The notes: generated from the sequence alone by a model not told the origin. 64,000 nt of DNA from Owenia fusiformis (GCA_903813345.2 CAIIXF020000001.1:40734001-40798000); one strand, 5' to 3'; positions 23,581-38,246 are shown, counted from the stretch's first letter. A program made the numbers and translations.

Positions 23581-26500
23581 GTTTGTAATTATACTGTGCC
23601 ATTTTCCACTGATCTTTTAGTTGTCTCTCATCTCTGGTGTGAATAATTTATACACTATGGTATTTGCGCTACACTTAACCACATCAATTATAAATAAGTA
23701 AGGAAGAATATTAAATAGTCTGCGGTTATGCCTGGGTTTGTGTCGTAAGATTAAATTAATCGTTCAGTATGGTATGGATTTGATTCACCATTTACGTGTT
23801 CACTGAACTGCTCAGCAACGGTTTCCCTATTTAGCATTAATGACGTAAATGGAGCTTGATGAATAGATAAATATGAAATATGTTTGTATTGTTCAATGAA
23901 TGTTCCGCTTCATTGCATAGTTATTAAAAGACTTGCCTGTTTCACCCAACATAGACTTTTTATGTAGAGGCATATAAAGTATAATAGGAAATAGAATTGC
24001 CAGGGAATCTGTTCAGTTTTGAATATACTGATAAGGAATATGAAATTAACAGTGACTTCTGATTTAGAGTTTAATAAATCTGAGTGATGGCAAAATAATA
24101 CTTTTTATTAAATCAGAAAAAAGATTAAATTTTGGCCCTGTTTCTTCTCATTCCCATTCTTGACTATCAAATAAAGCATTAGTGTTAAATATAAAGGACA
24201 AATTCTAATACTCCAGTCCAGTATCCAAGCATCAAGAAGTCACATATTAAGCCATCACTCAAAATTACAGGGATTTTTTATTATGATATTTTGCCTGTGC
24301 TAAACGTTAGCCAGTAGCTACAAAAAAGCTTGACAAAATGCTTGCTGATCCTAGGAAATAATACAAATTCATGAATGATATATGAAACACACAAAAATAG
24401 CATCATATGGCTTATTGGACAATGCAAACAAGGCTAATACATACCTTGTGTAAGGTTGCTTAAGCACTTTCAACAAACCAAAACAGTTTTGGATGTAAAC
24501 ATATACTTTTTCTTTTTCTTTGTGATATTGGGCTACTCAAAATATACTTTTTTCTATTTTTGTTTTTATATACATTTTGGTCTTCTCCCATTTTGCTTCC
24601 ATAGTTTCTCTGTTTTTTAAAGATGATAGTGATGAGCGTTAGCATGTATTTTGAAATAATGTAATAATGTATTTTGAAATTAAAAAGAAGAAAAGTATTA
24701 ATTTCTTGAGGGTTTTACTTATAGTAAGGTTATACCAATCAATAATCAATACTTACTAGTGGACCACAATTGGACTTACAAATAGTAATTAAAATTAGCT
24801 AAACTTATTATATCACGTTTCTATGGAAAATAATTATATTCAAAATTCTCGGTATTATAATAGATTAACAGCCTCTTTGTTGGAATAAGTCATCATAATT
24901 AATATAGTTAACTAATTTTGACCTATGTGTTATGATCAGAAGTGCAACTAAAGCCAGTTTCATCCCTTGATCATGACTTAGAAGCACCTTCCATTGACCT
25001 TTAACTCTGCTTAAGATAGGTAAATCACTGAGGAATCTGTATTGGCTAACAAGTGTGTGGCTTGTCAATTTTGCAATAAGGGGCTTTCAGATAATGATTC
25101 TTGAATGGTGGAGGAAATGGTATGTTAGGCATTGTTTTTAGTATGTGAGATCATTGTTTGGAACACTGTTGGTCTGTTTCCCATGACTGTTTTTGTTCTT
25201 AGATGTCTCTTTATTTCTTACCATGTGTCATTATTTTTCTCATTTCCCTGACACTTTTACCTTTCTTATATTGCTTTGTAACTTGAGGCAATAACGTCCT
25301 TCTTTTAGTCTCATTTGCTCAACTAACTCAATTACATTAGAAGAAGGCCAAATCACTTATATCTATCAAAATCTACATATTAATGATAAACAAATCATAA
25401 GATCATTATAATGAAAGTTTCCTTATTTCTGACAAACATGAAAAGACCAAGGATACAGACATTGCTCAATAAATACTGATACAAGTGCTCCCATTTTAAG
25501 AAATAAAAGGCAATATGCATGTCTTTATACTGACCAAATATTCTGAATTTATTCTGGGCACTTTAAAAAGTTACAAAGTTACAGCAATTTAAATATATAG
25601 TTACATGTACATGAGGTACCCAGGGCAGTTTTTTAAACATATACTCCTCAAAAAAAGTTACATGTTAAACCTTATGTATCTTTAAACTTTATTTTCTAAG
25701 CGCCAAACGAAAGAAAAACTGAAATTCTAAAATATTTCAGGATGTATAAATTCACTTAATTTCTAAAAGTATGTTAAAATTTCATGATGATCACTTCCAG
25801 CATAAAATAGTTGTGTCCTTCTAAAAAGCTCTCCTTATCGAGGGTTATCCTTTATTCCTAAAATTCTGAACTTCTGGATTGTTGTAAATTGTTTGATTGA
25901 TATAAAAGCACACTTAGAGACATATAATTATTGCTCTAAATCAATGTCACAGATGTTACTCTTGTATATCACTGTTTTATGTACACTTTAATAAAACAAT
26001 AAAATTAAGAAAGATTCCATTTGAATTGGGAAAGTCATTTAAATTAAGATCTTTGTATTTTGTGTCACCCTGTTGTAAAAATTCATTCAAGATAAGTCTT
26101 GTTATTTTTCAGTTATGGAAATTACTTTAGAAAAATATTTTGTAATTGCAGCCCTTAGTATATATGAATGCTTTGTAATGAATGAATAATTATCAGACAT
26201 CAAAGATTTAAAGGAAATTACTACTTGCAAAATCAAAGTACTGGTAAGAGCACGCTTGGCATTAAATCTTATTCTTCATGTAGTATATTGATTATGAATC
26301 TTTGGCATTCTATCATTGCAGTTCTCATCAGTCAAAGTCATGCAGGTCTCTCGATCGTGTTTCCATCCTTTTTCAGCGTGAAGGTGATAAATAGACTCAC
26401 ATGACACCAATTTCCATTATGGTGATGATTTACCTAAAGATGAATATGATCCAGCAATTATGCTATGAGTATTTTCAATGATACAGTCATAGAATGATGA

Positions 26501-27128
26501 CGATGTTATTATTGAAGATATTAAAGTATAAAGCCAGTCATTAATATGATCTAAGTGATAATATGAAATGATCCCCTTTCCTACTTTGTAACATTTTAGC
26601 AATACTGAACCTGGACCTCCAGATACTTAACATTGAGTGGTACCTCATGGGACTTCATAAGGCATTGCCCAATGAAGCCCAAATCTATGGGGCTTCATGG
26701 GTGAAAGTTACACAAAAACCTACCAAACCCCATCAAGAACCTTATATTTAATTACATCACTCCTGTGAGGCTTGATTGTTTCTAGATTGATTCCGTAAAT
26801 TCTAAAAAATTCAGTTTTCTGTCGAATTTCTGTCAAAACCAAAATGTTAAACTACACGGCAGTTGGTTATATACTGACGAGAGATGTACACTGACGAAAG
26901 GATTGTGCAAATCGTCCATTAATTACCGAGATATCGAGGGGGGATATCAGAGTGGCATTCTCCATAAATGGGCAAAAAGGCGGAGTTACACTTGACAATC
27001 CAGGGATTGACATTTTCCTTTAATAGCCAAAAGGGCAGAGTTTAATGATGACTGGCTGTTTCTACATCGAGATTCTTAGAGAAGTTTCCAATTTGAATGA
27101 CATTACATATTAATTCTCAAGTCTCAGA

Positions 27129-28139
27129 TCCGGGGGGTTCACTGTATATAAAACTCGACGGGGGTCCTAGGCTGAAGCCTCAAATATCAATATGTTCCCA
27201 TACCAATCTGTCAAATTTCAATATGTTCCCATACTAACCAAAATAACGCCCAAAGGCTGTACCAAATGTCCAAATATAGGACCAATTGCATACCAAATGT
27301 CCAAATATAGGACCAATGCCATACCAAATGTCCAATTATGGGACCAATCCCATACCAAATGTCAAAATGTAGGACCAATGCCATACCAAATGTCCAAATA
27401 TGGGACCAATGCCATACCTTAATTCAAAGTAAATGAAATATAGGATCAATTTCATACAAATGTGCAAATACAGGACCAATCGCCATACCTCAAATCAAGG
27501 ACAAATGCCATACTGTAGTTGGGGTCATAAATGACCAAAATAACACGACTCACACTTTTACTCATAGCGATACACCACTTAAAATGCCTTCAAAACTGTA
27601 TATTGGAATCACAGTATATCAGTCGATATAATGAACGGGCGCTAACCTTTAAATATCGCTACCATAAGCTTCAAATCGTTGGAAATCAATCACTTTTCGA
27701 ATCGAGCGTCCATTTTTCTTGGCGGCAAGTTTTGTATTGAAATCACGAAAAATCTCGCGAGACTTCATCAAAGCCTATGATTGGTCCTCATTTCCTGGGA
27801 AAAGGGCTAAAATTCAAAAGTTGAAGAAGGCCCTGGAAAAGAAGATACTTCGGGAAACCTGAGACTAACATAAAAGGGGAAACGATCCAAAAAAACTTCA
27901 AATTTGCAACTACTGGACCAATGCCATACCACGAATGTTAGGTAACGTATCTACAACGACCATTCTCATACCAGAAGAGCAAAAGTTCGACCATTGCCAT
28001 ACCTCAGAAGTCAGAAATTTCCGGGCATTCCCATACCAAATCCCAAAATATGGGTCCATTGCCATACCAAACGTTGAAAAAGGTACCCCACATGCGCCGA
28101 GGATCCCCGTCAAGGTTTATATAAAGTGAACCCCCCGGG
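27129..28139. mobile_element. Non-autonomous DNA transposon with an 8-bp TSD and an internal 31-bp minisatellite
   Basis: TIR TCCGGGGGGTTCACTGTATATAAAACTCGACGGGG / CCCCGTCAAGGTTTATATAAAGTGAACCCCCCGGG; exact TSD GTCTCAGA at 27121-27128 and 28140-28147. Confidence 0.9.
27260..27512 (+). repeat. 31-bp minisatellite (ataccaaatgtccaaatataggaccaatgcc)n
   Basis: Five clear and several degenerate units; related units recur at about 27915-28070. Confidence 0.85.
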
Positions 28140-28360
28140 GTCTCAGAACATATATTTATATAAACGTTAAAGAAGATGATCCAGCACATGCAATGATAGT
28201 GTCAATCATGCTTCTGCACTAAATTTGTCAGAATTAAATTATGATCCAATATGAAGTTATCAAAAAGGCGCCAACATCCTACATTCAGAATGAATCATTT
28301 TTCCATTATGATTTGTTAACATATATTAATGTAGGCTTCTAATAATTATCCTGGATAGTC

Positions 28361-28898
28361 TTAAAGGAAACGCTCGTTTCTGGTGTTGCTCACCATTTAG
28401 TATAAAAGGCCTGATCCCGGAATATTGCTCAAGAGTTCACAAGATCAAGGTTGTTGTGTCAACACCTCTTACTGTTATATGGCATTAGTATATAATAGAT
28501 TGTCACACATTTATAAAAGGGAGATTTTTATTTTGACAAATCGATTCCACATTTATGGGTGAAGTTCAGCATCTTCTATTTGTATGATAAGGAAAAACTG
28601 ACATCTAAAATTTCCCCATAACATATTAGTACATAGCTTGGCATATGAAATATTCTCCAAATGAAACAAAGCAGCTCTAATACAAGGATTTATATTGGCT
28701 GTTGTACATGCGGTCTTTGAACAATCACTCTCTCAATAATATTTTCAGAATCAGAATCAAGCGGATTTATCTCCAAGACAATTTCAATGAACTGGATTTT
28801 ACAAAACTCCCCTTATTTCTTAAAAATGGATTGATCCAGTTGACTCGCCTAGAGCCGCCATATTGTTTTTATACCGGAAGCTTATCGGAAGTCTTTAA
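28361..28898. mobile_element. TTAA-flanked dispersed repeat, copy 1
   Basis: ttaaagga..gctcgtttctggtgttgctcacc...ggaagcttatcggaagtctttaa; internally deleted sister copy at 38247-38588. Confidence 0.7.
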
Positions 28899-29499
28899 GT
28901 ACTGATTGAAATATTGGTTACCTCAAACAAGTGCATATTCTTTTATTTAAATTTTGAAAAAGATAACAAAGAACTTCAATGGCCTGGAGCAGCCAATGGG
29001 TGGGCTGGAGCAAAACAATTTCATTAGAACATTAAAAATACATACCAGTATATATCGCCATTAGAACCTGTCATTCACATATTAAGGAGATGTTTGAATC
29101 ATTATTTTTACACCTCGCCTTGACAAAATGTGAGAAAAAATGGATCAAAAATCCATTATGCATTGTTCATATTAGATGGATGAAAAAATTTATCTCCCAT
29201 CAAAAATAGTAAAAAACATTATTAGCTGACCCTTCTGTTTGGATGATTTAATTGAAGCTTCTTCATGCATGAAGATAACATTTTCTCATCATTCACTATG
29301 AATTAATATGGCCTAATGTATTGTAAGATCTTCACACTTTGATCATATCTTCAAATTTTGATCAATATGAATTATTGTTTAATGTCATATGCGTAGACCT
29401 TAAAATGATAACAATGTTCATCTTGCAAGTAGTCTTTAAGGTAGTATTGACAATAAAATCTGTTTCTGTAGATTTTATTGGGAGCTAAAATACAGGAAA

Positions 29500-29886
29500 A
29501 TGGTAGCCTTTAAACTCTATTTTACGAGTTTTGCTGTAACTTGAAAAGTAGTGGAGTGATTTTGTTCATACTTGATACGTGAATATTCAAGAATATAAGA
29601 ATGGCACGCTATCTTATGATACTTTGGCTAGTAGACAGCCATTTTGAAAAATGACTGCCATTTACATGTATAAGATTTTGCTGAAATTTTAAATGTGTCT
29701 ACTTAGAAGCATATTACACTTTCTTATGACAATTTGGCTAGTGAGTATCATTTTGAAAATGGTTGCCATTGTGTTATTTTACAATTTTTGCTATAACTGA
29801 AAAAGTAGTGGGAGGATTTTGTAAAAATGACAGCCATGGCTGTTCGATGGGATTTGCTACGCTTTGGTGTTGCTGTTATCTTGTTT
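29500..29886 (+). mobile_element. HINE-like family 2, 3' part
   Basis: Same core repeat as 3420-3770; ends gttcgatgggat (reverse complement of atcccatcgaac at the 5' end of the 3034 copy), then an imperfect hairpin and cttgttt. Confidence 0.65.
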
Positions 29887-31125
29887 AACTTTAAACAATC
29901 AATTCAGTTAATGTTCTAGCTCCCATATTATATATTTAAATTATCCATTCAGCTATTTGGAGCTCATTGATTAGATGGCTACTTACATGTGAATAAACTA
30001 GTTGCTGCTGGGATAAATGAATTAATTGATAATTGATACTTTACCTCATGCCTCAGAATAGGTTGATCCTATTTACAAGTATTATTTCTTCAGTGTCATC
30101 AGCCCTCATTAGATTTGTTCTTACATTTCAGCAGAACCTATGTGGTTTTGACTTCACTCTCTCTGCCAATCCATGTTACTCCAACTGACCATGAAAAGGT
30201 GTATTCTGAATAGATCTTACAAACTTTTAAAATCTCTATCCAATACGCTCAATCAATAACCATGCCTCAAAAGTCCAAAAGTTCTGAAATACTGAAATAT
30301 GTGAACATGTATGCCAAAATAGAAATTACAGAAAGCTATGAAAAAAGCCATACAGAAAGAACCTCTAATCCCCTCCCCACCCCCACTCCCATTCCTTGGG
30401 GGAATATGACTTTAATAAAAAATAAATAAAATTTTGAAATACATTTACTTTAGCAAACTACAAAGTGCCAGATCCTGAAGCCAAACATTCAATTCAGAAC
30501 CCTAAAAATGTTTTTGCATAATCAAAATTGTTTAAAAAATTGTTTAGCTGATATTGTTACTTAGATGGTGTTTTCCATTTTCCTTGTGTTTCCTGATTGA
30601 TTGATGGTTGTTTTTTATTTAAACACAAAGAGAAACATGCATGTCAATGAATATGATTTGGTTATAAGGTCTAACATCAAGAATAGCAGATATTGTCCAT
30701 ATTTTTCATTTGTACAATTCTTTGTCCTGGACTGAATTAACCAATATCTCACAGGCTTAAGAATGGCGCCAATGTATATTCACCACAAAAGCTCACACGT
30801 TCAAGCTTTATCTTGATTGGGAAATATGCTGTGATAGGATGGTGGTAAAAAAGGAATAAAGATTATTCTTAATCCTTATTTATGGTGTTTGAATTAGTTC
30901 ATAGTACCATGATTTATAGTAAAGATAACCTTTTGTACATTAATGCTGTTTGAGCTAGTGCTATATTTATGAACATTTGTCTTATATTGATGAACTATGT
31001 AATAGTGCTAAAATGTAGGTGGATAATCTGAGTCCTGACAGTGCTAATAGGTAGCAAGTATTAAATCTATGATCTGGAGATATCCTTTGAATTTATGCAT
31101 ACACACTTATGTCGTATATTCTTGA

Positions 31126-31183
31126 ATATATAAGCGCAAATGCCAAAGGGAAGGGTGACTAAAAACTTTAAAGAAACCCAACA
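31126..31183 (-). mobile_element. Extreme 3' tip of the Penelope-like element
   Basis: atatataagcgcaaatgccaaagggaagggtgactaaaaactttaaagaaacccaaca is almost exactly the reverse complement of 54358-54415. Confidence 0.8.
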
Positions 31184-31738
31184 ACAACAAAAACCCATTG
31201 ACCTATTCACATATTTTGCAGAGTTATAAAACTTATTTGAGGGCTGTGGGAAAAGAAAAAAGCAAAAAACAAAAAATGAATAAACATGTAAGGGTAGTGA
31301 TCAAAAGGAAAATGATCATCTGAGAATGCAACTCACTACAAGGAAATGAATCCCCAGCACTCCCAGCAATAAATTAGATCAAATGTGGTGCTGCACTATT
31401 GTTTCTCTATTTTGGTTTTACTATTTCTATAAAGGACATTGGCCTTTATAGCATCTACATCAAAAAAATAGTATTTAGTAGGAACACTAGGGATTTTATG
31501 TCATACCATTATGTTTCAGTAGTTTATAGATAGAATTAGATTACATGGTTGTAATATCAATTTAGAAATATTGTATTATACCTTGGAATTGTATCAAATA
31601 ATGCAAATGAGTATATGCCGTTGTTTTACTAATGCAGCAGTTAAATAATTGTATGTTTGTCCAGTAATTGGGGTTTATCAATTTAGGATTTGAAGACTGT
31701 GAAATTAGAAAAAAGATATGATACACAAAGTGAAACGA

Positions 31739-31958
31739 TAGACATTTCCAGTAAATCCTGCCACCTTTTGATAGATCCTATGATATATCGGCTAGATCGA
31801 TGATGTCATAGGTTGTTCTTTTTCAAATGCAGCAATAAGTTAATCCTATTTTTGCTTGGGTAGACTGCTACCAACAACCAATGACATCATCAAACTAGCC
31901 AATGTATCCTAGCTTCTTTCACCTCCAAAAAGGTGGCAGGATTTACTGGAAGGGTCTA
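31739..31958. mobile_element. Palindromic MITE (~220 bp)
   Basis: TIR TAGACATTTCCAGTAAATCCTGCCACCTTTTG / CAAAAAGGTGGCAGGATTTACTGGAAGGGTCTA; inner arms ggctag..tgatgtcat / atgacatca..ctagcc. Confidence 0.8.
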
Positions 31959-34122
31959 ATAGAATGCAACCCAGGAATAAAAATGACTGATTAGCTTTAC
32001 TTAACTTAATGATGATTACATTGAAGTGAACTTTGGTCCCCACCTGTATATGCTGAGAAGTTTAATACAAACAAGTTAAAATCCAACAGACTAGAATAGA
32101 AATAATCTTGATTTACTAATTAAGGATTCAAAATTCAGTCAAAGTGATATTATATTTGAAATCTACCTGTAGATCTATCTAAAAACGTGGTGTCAATAAT
32201 TGTTTATCAATTTTGAAAATAGACCCATGTTATAAAATCAAGAAAAGTGCAAATATAATATTTTATGTTACTGGACATATTTTTATTTGTATAACTATCA
32301 GCTTCATAAGGCTAGTATGACAATTGATCTACTGGAACTGATGATATATTTACCATGTTCTCTGACCCAAATTAGCCACCTAGTGGTGAAACTCGTAACT
32401 TACTATTGGCATCTGGGTTATTAACTTCTGAACAATTGTTGTTACCAGCAATTGATTGAAATTTGAAACAATAGTTAAGGCTGCTTGCTAGATCCGATTC
32501 TCCAGAAGAACTAAGGCAAATTTTTCATTGAAAAAAATCTTCTGTGACACTATAAATAAAATATTGGAATAAAGCTTTATGATTCATGCTGCATCAAAAT
32601 AGTAGATTTGTATCAATATTTAAGCTCTCGTATCATTGAACCCCTAAGCATTGATATTGTTTTGATGTTTTTACATGTGCAATCGGAATAAGTTCTTTCA
32701 GTTTCATAACACCCTGAAGTACTTTACTGTGGCTTTTCTACAGACAGCTATTTAGAAGCATTAAATTAAACCTTAAAAAGGTTCAATATTAAAGGCAGAA
32801 TCAGATCTATAAGGGTGACAAAGTTACTTGTAAGCAACATGTACAATTGACCTACCAATCTATTCCTTACAACCTCAAATACAATATCTCTCAAAAGATT
32901 CACGATATGTTATAAATTAGTGAAGTTATTATGCATTCAAAGTGCAAAAATGGGTGAAAAATGTTTAAATTCTCCCAAATAATAAGAATGGTAACGATTC
33001 TTATAGAAAAATAATACATTATTGTAAAAATCTTAAGTTTTCCTGAAATAAAGTGTGTACTTTGGGGATTTTTTAGAAAGTTGACACGAGAAGGAATGAC
33101 ATGAGCCTGAGAAATATTCTAAAGTTGAAACAATTTTTTGTTTGCCTTTTCATAACATCTGATTCTCTCTTTAACGTAGTAATGGTATGGTACCAATTAC
33201 ACAGTTATAAAAGCAAATTCAGTTTAACAGATAACTGCTATCTTTATGACAAGGTTTCTCATACCCAACAGAACCCAATAACTTAAACAGTAATTTCATC
33301 TGCGATGGAAAGGACACCTATACTATTTTCAAGAATGTCTTTACTTAGGAATTAACTGCTGAAAATCAATAGGATCTGAGAAAGAGATTCCAGAATGTAA
33401 TATGGAAATGATATGCTTGACTAAAGAGAATAATGGCATATTTACATCTTCTGTATAAAAGATTGCTTTGATTTATTTTTAAATAAATTATTCCATCAGT
33501 TAAGCTATATTTCAAATTGTTAATGACAAGCATCATTTATTCAATCAATACTGATACAGAAATTGTCAGAAATGTTGAGGTTTTTGTTATAAATCTATGA
33601 TTTCAATTCTACATTATCATAAAACATACAATGTAAAACAGCTTTTGACTGTTGTTTAGCAAGTCTATTTTACTTTCTAAACTGAATGTCTGATATGTCA
33701 GTTCATTTGAGTGATGAAATGCTATACCTCTGTGATTGATTACTTCACTCAAGTGTTATTATCATGGGATACTCCTTATTCTTATTACTGAGCTACTCTC
33801 AATAGAGTTGTCCTCAGACAAAATCTTATCCATGTGTAGCAGAACATGTGGATTAAGATAAATTCCCATAATGCATGAAGAAGAGGTTTTGTTAGTTCAC
33901 TATTAATTTGGTATGTCTTTCATCAGAATTACCTTCATGAATTATTAATATTCATCATTTTTCTGATTGTAATACAAAATACTGTGCCATTTGATGAGTT
34001 GATGTGGTTTCAGATGTTATGTAATACTTATTGTTGGTGTTATTTGGTATTTATTGATTTAACAAAGTTAGCAGGTGGACTAAGCCCCATTACCCCAAGA
34101 TTTTAATCGTTTTTTACATATA

Positions 34123-34587
34123 CAGGGTGTCCCGAAAGTATGCCCTTCCCTCTAGTGGTAGACATATACAAGTGTCTTCATAAGTGTCATATATCATTTT
34201 AAAGCTTATTCAAAGTTACATGGATTTGCCAAATATCATGGTTCAACTCTCAAATGGGAAAAAATTACAGTCATTTTAGAATTTAGTATTTTTCAAAATA
34301 AAGTTCAATTTTACGCCACATTTCTAGTCAATGTAGCCTCCTGCTGCTGTAAATATGGCCTGGGAGGACACATTGACTAGTAATTTGGTGTAAAATTGAA
34401 CTAAATTTTGGCCAAACACTAAATTTTGAAATACCTGTAATTTTTTCACATTTGGGAGTTGAACCATGATACTTGGCAAATCAATGTAACTTTGGATAAG
34501 CTTTAGAATGATATACTGTATGACACATACTATGAAGACACTGGTATATGTCTCCTAGGGGGGGGGGCATACTTTCGGGACACCCTG
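34123..34587. mobile_element. Tc1/mariner-type foldback MITE, copy 2 (central spacer deleted)
   Basis: TA|CAGGGTGTCCCGAAAGTATGCCC ... GGGCATACTTTCGGGACACCCTG|TA. Confidence 0.9.
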
Positions 34588-37500
34588 TATTCAGTATAAA
34601 TAGTTTAATATTGAGATTGTAAGCGATTTGGTTTGCACATCCTCCCTCTAGTAGTGGTGAGGTTTGATCAGTTGATTCATTATCCCATCAAAAAAGGTTC
34701 TGGTAGGGGTACAGAGAATCTGTTTGTCCATCTGTTCATTCAGGGCCGTAGGGAGTTTGGAGGGTTCGTGCAAACAAAGTTCAGTGATGCAATGCATGTG
34801 GTGCACCAAAGTTCTGAACGCTAGAAACTCTATTTTTGGTCATGAGTCACTTTCAAAATTGTTTTCTTTCATTGGAACTCACATTTTTGCTATTTTTGCC
34901 TCTTATTTATTTGAAGAATACATTTTACAAGTAATGGAAAATAGACAATTGAATTACAACCTATGCTTGAATTAAATTGGGGGGAGTTTTTGTCTGATAA
35001 TGATAAATTTTAAAAGGATTTTAACAGGCCTTTGTTGAAAAAAGTTCTAGATTTTTCATAAATACTTAATGCAGGTTATAAGGTTTGGTTTAAATTGTAA
35101 CGCCTTAGTGTCTTGGCTTGTGGAAAAGGTCCTCAGTTCTAGAAGACATTTTTAATATGGCTGCTACATTCAAATTAGGTACCATTTTTTTCATATAGGT
35201 ACAACTTTTTCTCTAATACCAGTTTTTTTAGATTTTGTTCTGATTTTATTTGCTTTAATGGCTCAAAGGCATCATCTGATTTGAAATATACTTTTTTGGG
35301 GGGGTGTTTTTCTAATTTATTTGATACTTCCATCTAGAGACCATGTGGTAAATCCATTGGTAATCATTTCACTGAATGTAGTCGGGAAGGGATATAGAGA
35401 TATAGCTATATGTGGCTATATAGCTATATGTGTGTTCATTCGCCCTTCTGTCACTCCATTTGGTCCATGCTCATGTCACATGGGCAAAGTACATCTGCTG
35501 GAGAAGGAATTTCAAATATGGCCAATTATTTCAAACCTTTGATAACTCAAATCAAATACCTGTGGATTTGGTTCAAATTTTATTATGATAATGGACATGG
35601 ACATATTATGCTTATGGACATCTGCTTGACAAGGAATTTCCAAAATAAATTTGATAACTCAAATACCAACTGTCAGATTTTACATGCCAGTCCCTTTATT
35701 CGCATAAGGATTCTTTGTCAAGAAGGAATTCTGAATTCAAAATGTTATATAACATTTCCAGGAAAATTTGTGATTTTTTTCTGATAAAACAAATACCAGC
35801 AATCATATAGACATTCAAGAACGATTTAACATATGGTATCAGGCCACATCATAGGTGTAGATTTTGCCAAAAGGAGACAATACTACTCTAACTACTACTA
35901 GGGATTTGATAATATGTTTTCTTCAGTATGATTTGCAACTCTGGCTAGTTGAAGATTTTCTACTTTGTTTGAAACTTAATCTATCTAGATATCGTGTGGT
36001 AAATACATTGGTAATTGTTATTGTGTATGACTGTGTATTCTTGCTATTGTTAATTGTTATTGCCATGTTCTCAATGTCACCTGAGCCTTATAGTGCAGTC
36101 TGCAGTTTTCTGATCCTAAGAATCATTGTTGGAGATATATTTAAACAATAGTCTGAAAATGCCACTGCTTTTCAGTGATATAGTGCTTATTGAGATCATT
36201 GAGTAGTCATTATTTGATTCCCCTCAGGTTTTGTTATTTAATAAAAATGTGTTAAAACTTGCAATAATTTAGTCTAATAAAATGTTTTTGTGTGCGAATT
36301 CAATGAAAAAGCACAAAATCATCACTTCAGTTCTCTATGATTCATATCTCAGTAGTTAACAATCTTATCATCCAGGATTCAATGAAAAGTTGATTTTATA
36401 GTGAATGAAGGTCTCGTATGCAAGCCTTAAACCAATACAGGCAGGGCGAGTTATAAGGCTAGCATGCAGCCACTCATTAAGAGAGGTTTTGCACAACGGG
36501 TTGTGTCTAAAACATATCTGCAACCACATCCCATTCAACTGCTTCAAATAAATCTGGTGAATGCATTATGGATTTTAGATTGGTTGAAAACCTCTCTCAT
36601 AGTGCATTAAATCATTTATAATTCATTGAGTCCAGCTTATGTTAACACAAAGCAAACCATATTTTGAACGATGTTACTGAAATTCGACTATAAACTTGTC
36701 TGCAAGGATGAATCCTTGGGATATATTCAATCAGTCCTAGGCCATGTTCAGTTGTTTACATCAGTGTATTGAAGATAATATATAGTTTATCATACAAGCT
36801 CATGGTTCCCCTTATTCATTTTCCCTTAACCCATGCTTTGTCAGGGAATATAGAAAAATTTATTGAACATTACATTTCATGCTGAAGAAATGTTAGCAAC
36901 CATCATTGTGGTAATACTAATGATCATTTACTATTGCAAGACATGTTCTATTAATTTAGCACCACTTTTATTGATGTTTATAAACATTTGATCATTCAGT
37001 TCAGTGATGTCAAATATGATCCAAGTGTTGTACTTTTGCTTCCATAGGTTATCATTCATCAGAAATGACTTAAATTCTTTTATTTTACTCAAAATGTTCA
37101 CTTCTGATTTAAAATAAACATTCCTTGTTCCTTAATTGTAGCAGATAGTGGACTGACATTCACTAATGTTTTTACAGTGAGGTTGTACAAATTAGATTTC
37201 AGCTTGAACCATGCACCATTTCTGAGGAAAGATTAATTTGGCTCTGTTATTATGATAACATGTATGTTTGCCTTCGTGAGATGATGACAAATTATTACCT
37301 TGTTGAACAAGTTATATTCTGCATCTACCAGCCTTTGCTCAGCATATTCAGAATCAATTCTTTATGATTGGGATAATACAGTATAGTATATATTGTTTTT
37401 AAAAAGTTCAAAGAGCATTACATTTTGTGACTGTCTATTTTCAGCTGGTTGTAAATCAATACCAAATTTATTATGTTTCAATGACCTGAAATGATATTGT

Positions 37501-38246
37501 ATCGTGATTACGATTATTAGTTTGGTCTCGTATTTGGTCACAGGAGTTAATGACAGTGTGTCTAACACAACCTTCATTTAACATGTAATACAATTGGATT
37601 GAGTGGAAACTGATGGCACACTTCAATATTCACTGATAGTTTTAGCACTATCAGCCATATATTTTCTTCAACTGAAATCCACCAAACTTAATAATCATGC
37701 ATTTGGTCACAATTTCAGCAGAGAAATCCTGAAAGGAGACATTCATCTTACATCTAATTGTACCTACATTAGTGTATTCCTGCCTCTTAAATCTCAAATA
37801 ATTGGCAGATAACCACTTTGTTGTGAGGTGAAAAGAAACAATTGAAGTGATAATGAATAGTTACTAAGATCCATGTCGTAATTTTTAACCGTGTCGGTTA
37901 TAAGGGTTCCAGTTTGATGTGTGAATGTTGTAGATAATGCATCACCTGATATGGCATCACCAGAAAGTGTGGGAGCAAAAATTTTAAGAAATTTATCCAA
38001 CATATATGAAACATAATTCTACATTGGGCATATAGTTTTCAAAATGTCATGCCATTTTGCTTTTTATCATACCATGTCTCATCTAATTGTGGGTGATCAT
38101 AATAGTGATCATTATCATGTTTGTGTCCCATTTTTGTCATCACATTTCAAGGATAACAGCTTGTCAGATTTTCTTCATTTTTGCAGTCATCTTGTCTTGT
38201 TTTTGGCAGCCATTTTAGAAGTTTTTTTTAAATATAGTTATTTCGC

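Noticed and set aside
27192..27422. ORF with repeated GPMPYQMSKY-like units
   Set aside because: Product of a 31-bp minisatellite (not a multiple of 3) inside a MITE.
34633..34830. Apparent peptide similarity (EQMD...) between 34.7 kb and 40.45 kb
   Set aside because: Both are antisense readings of decayed HINE 5' ends with (GTCC/ATCT) tracts, not a protein.
37794..38003. Protein-like minus-strand ORF (PTLSGDAISGDALSTT...)
   Set aside because: No recognisable family, no convincing donor/acceptor pair, and length within chance.
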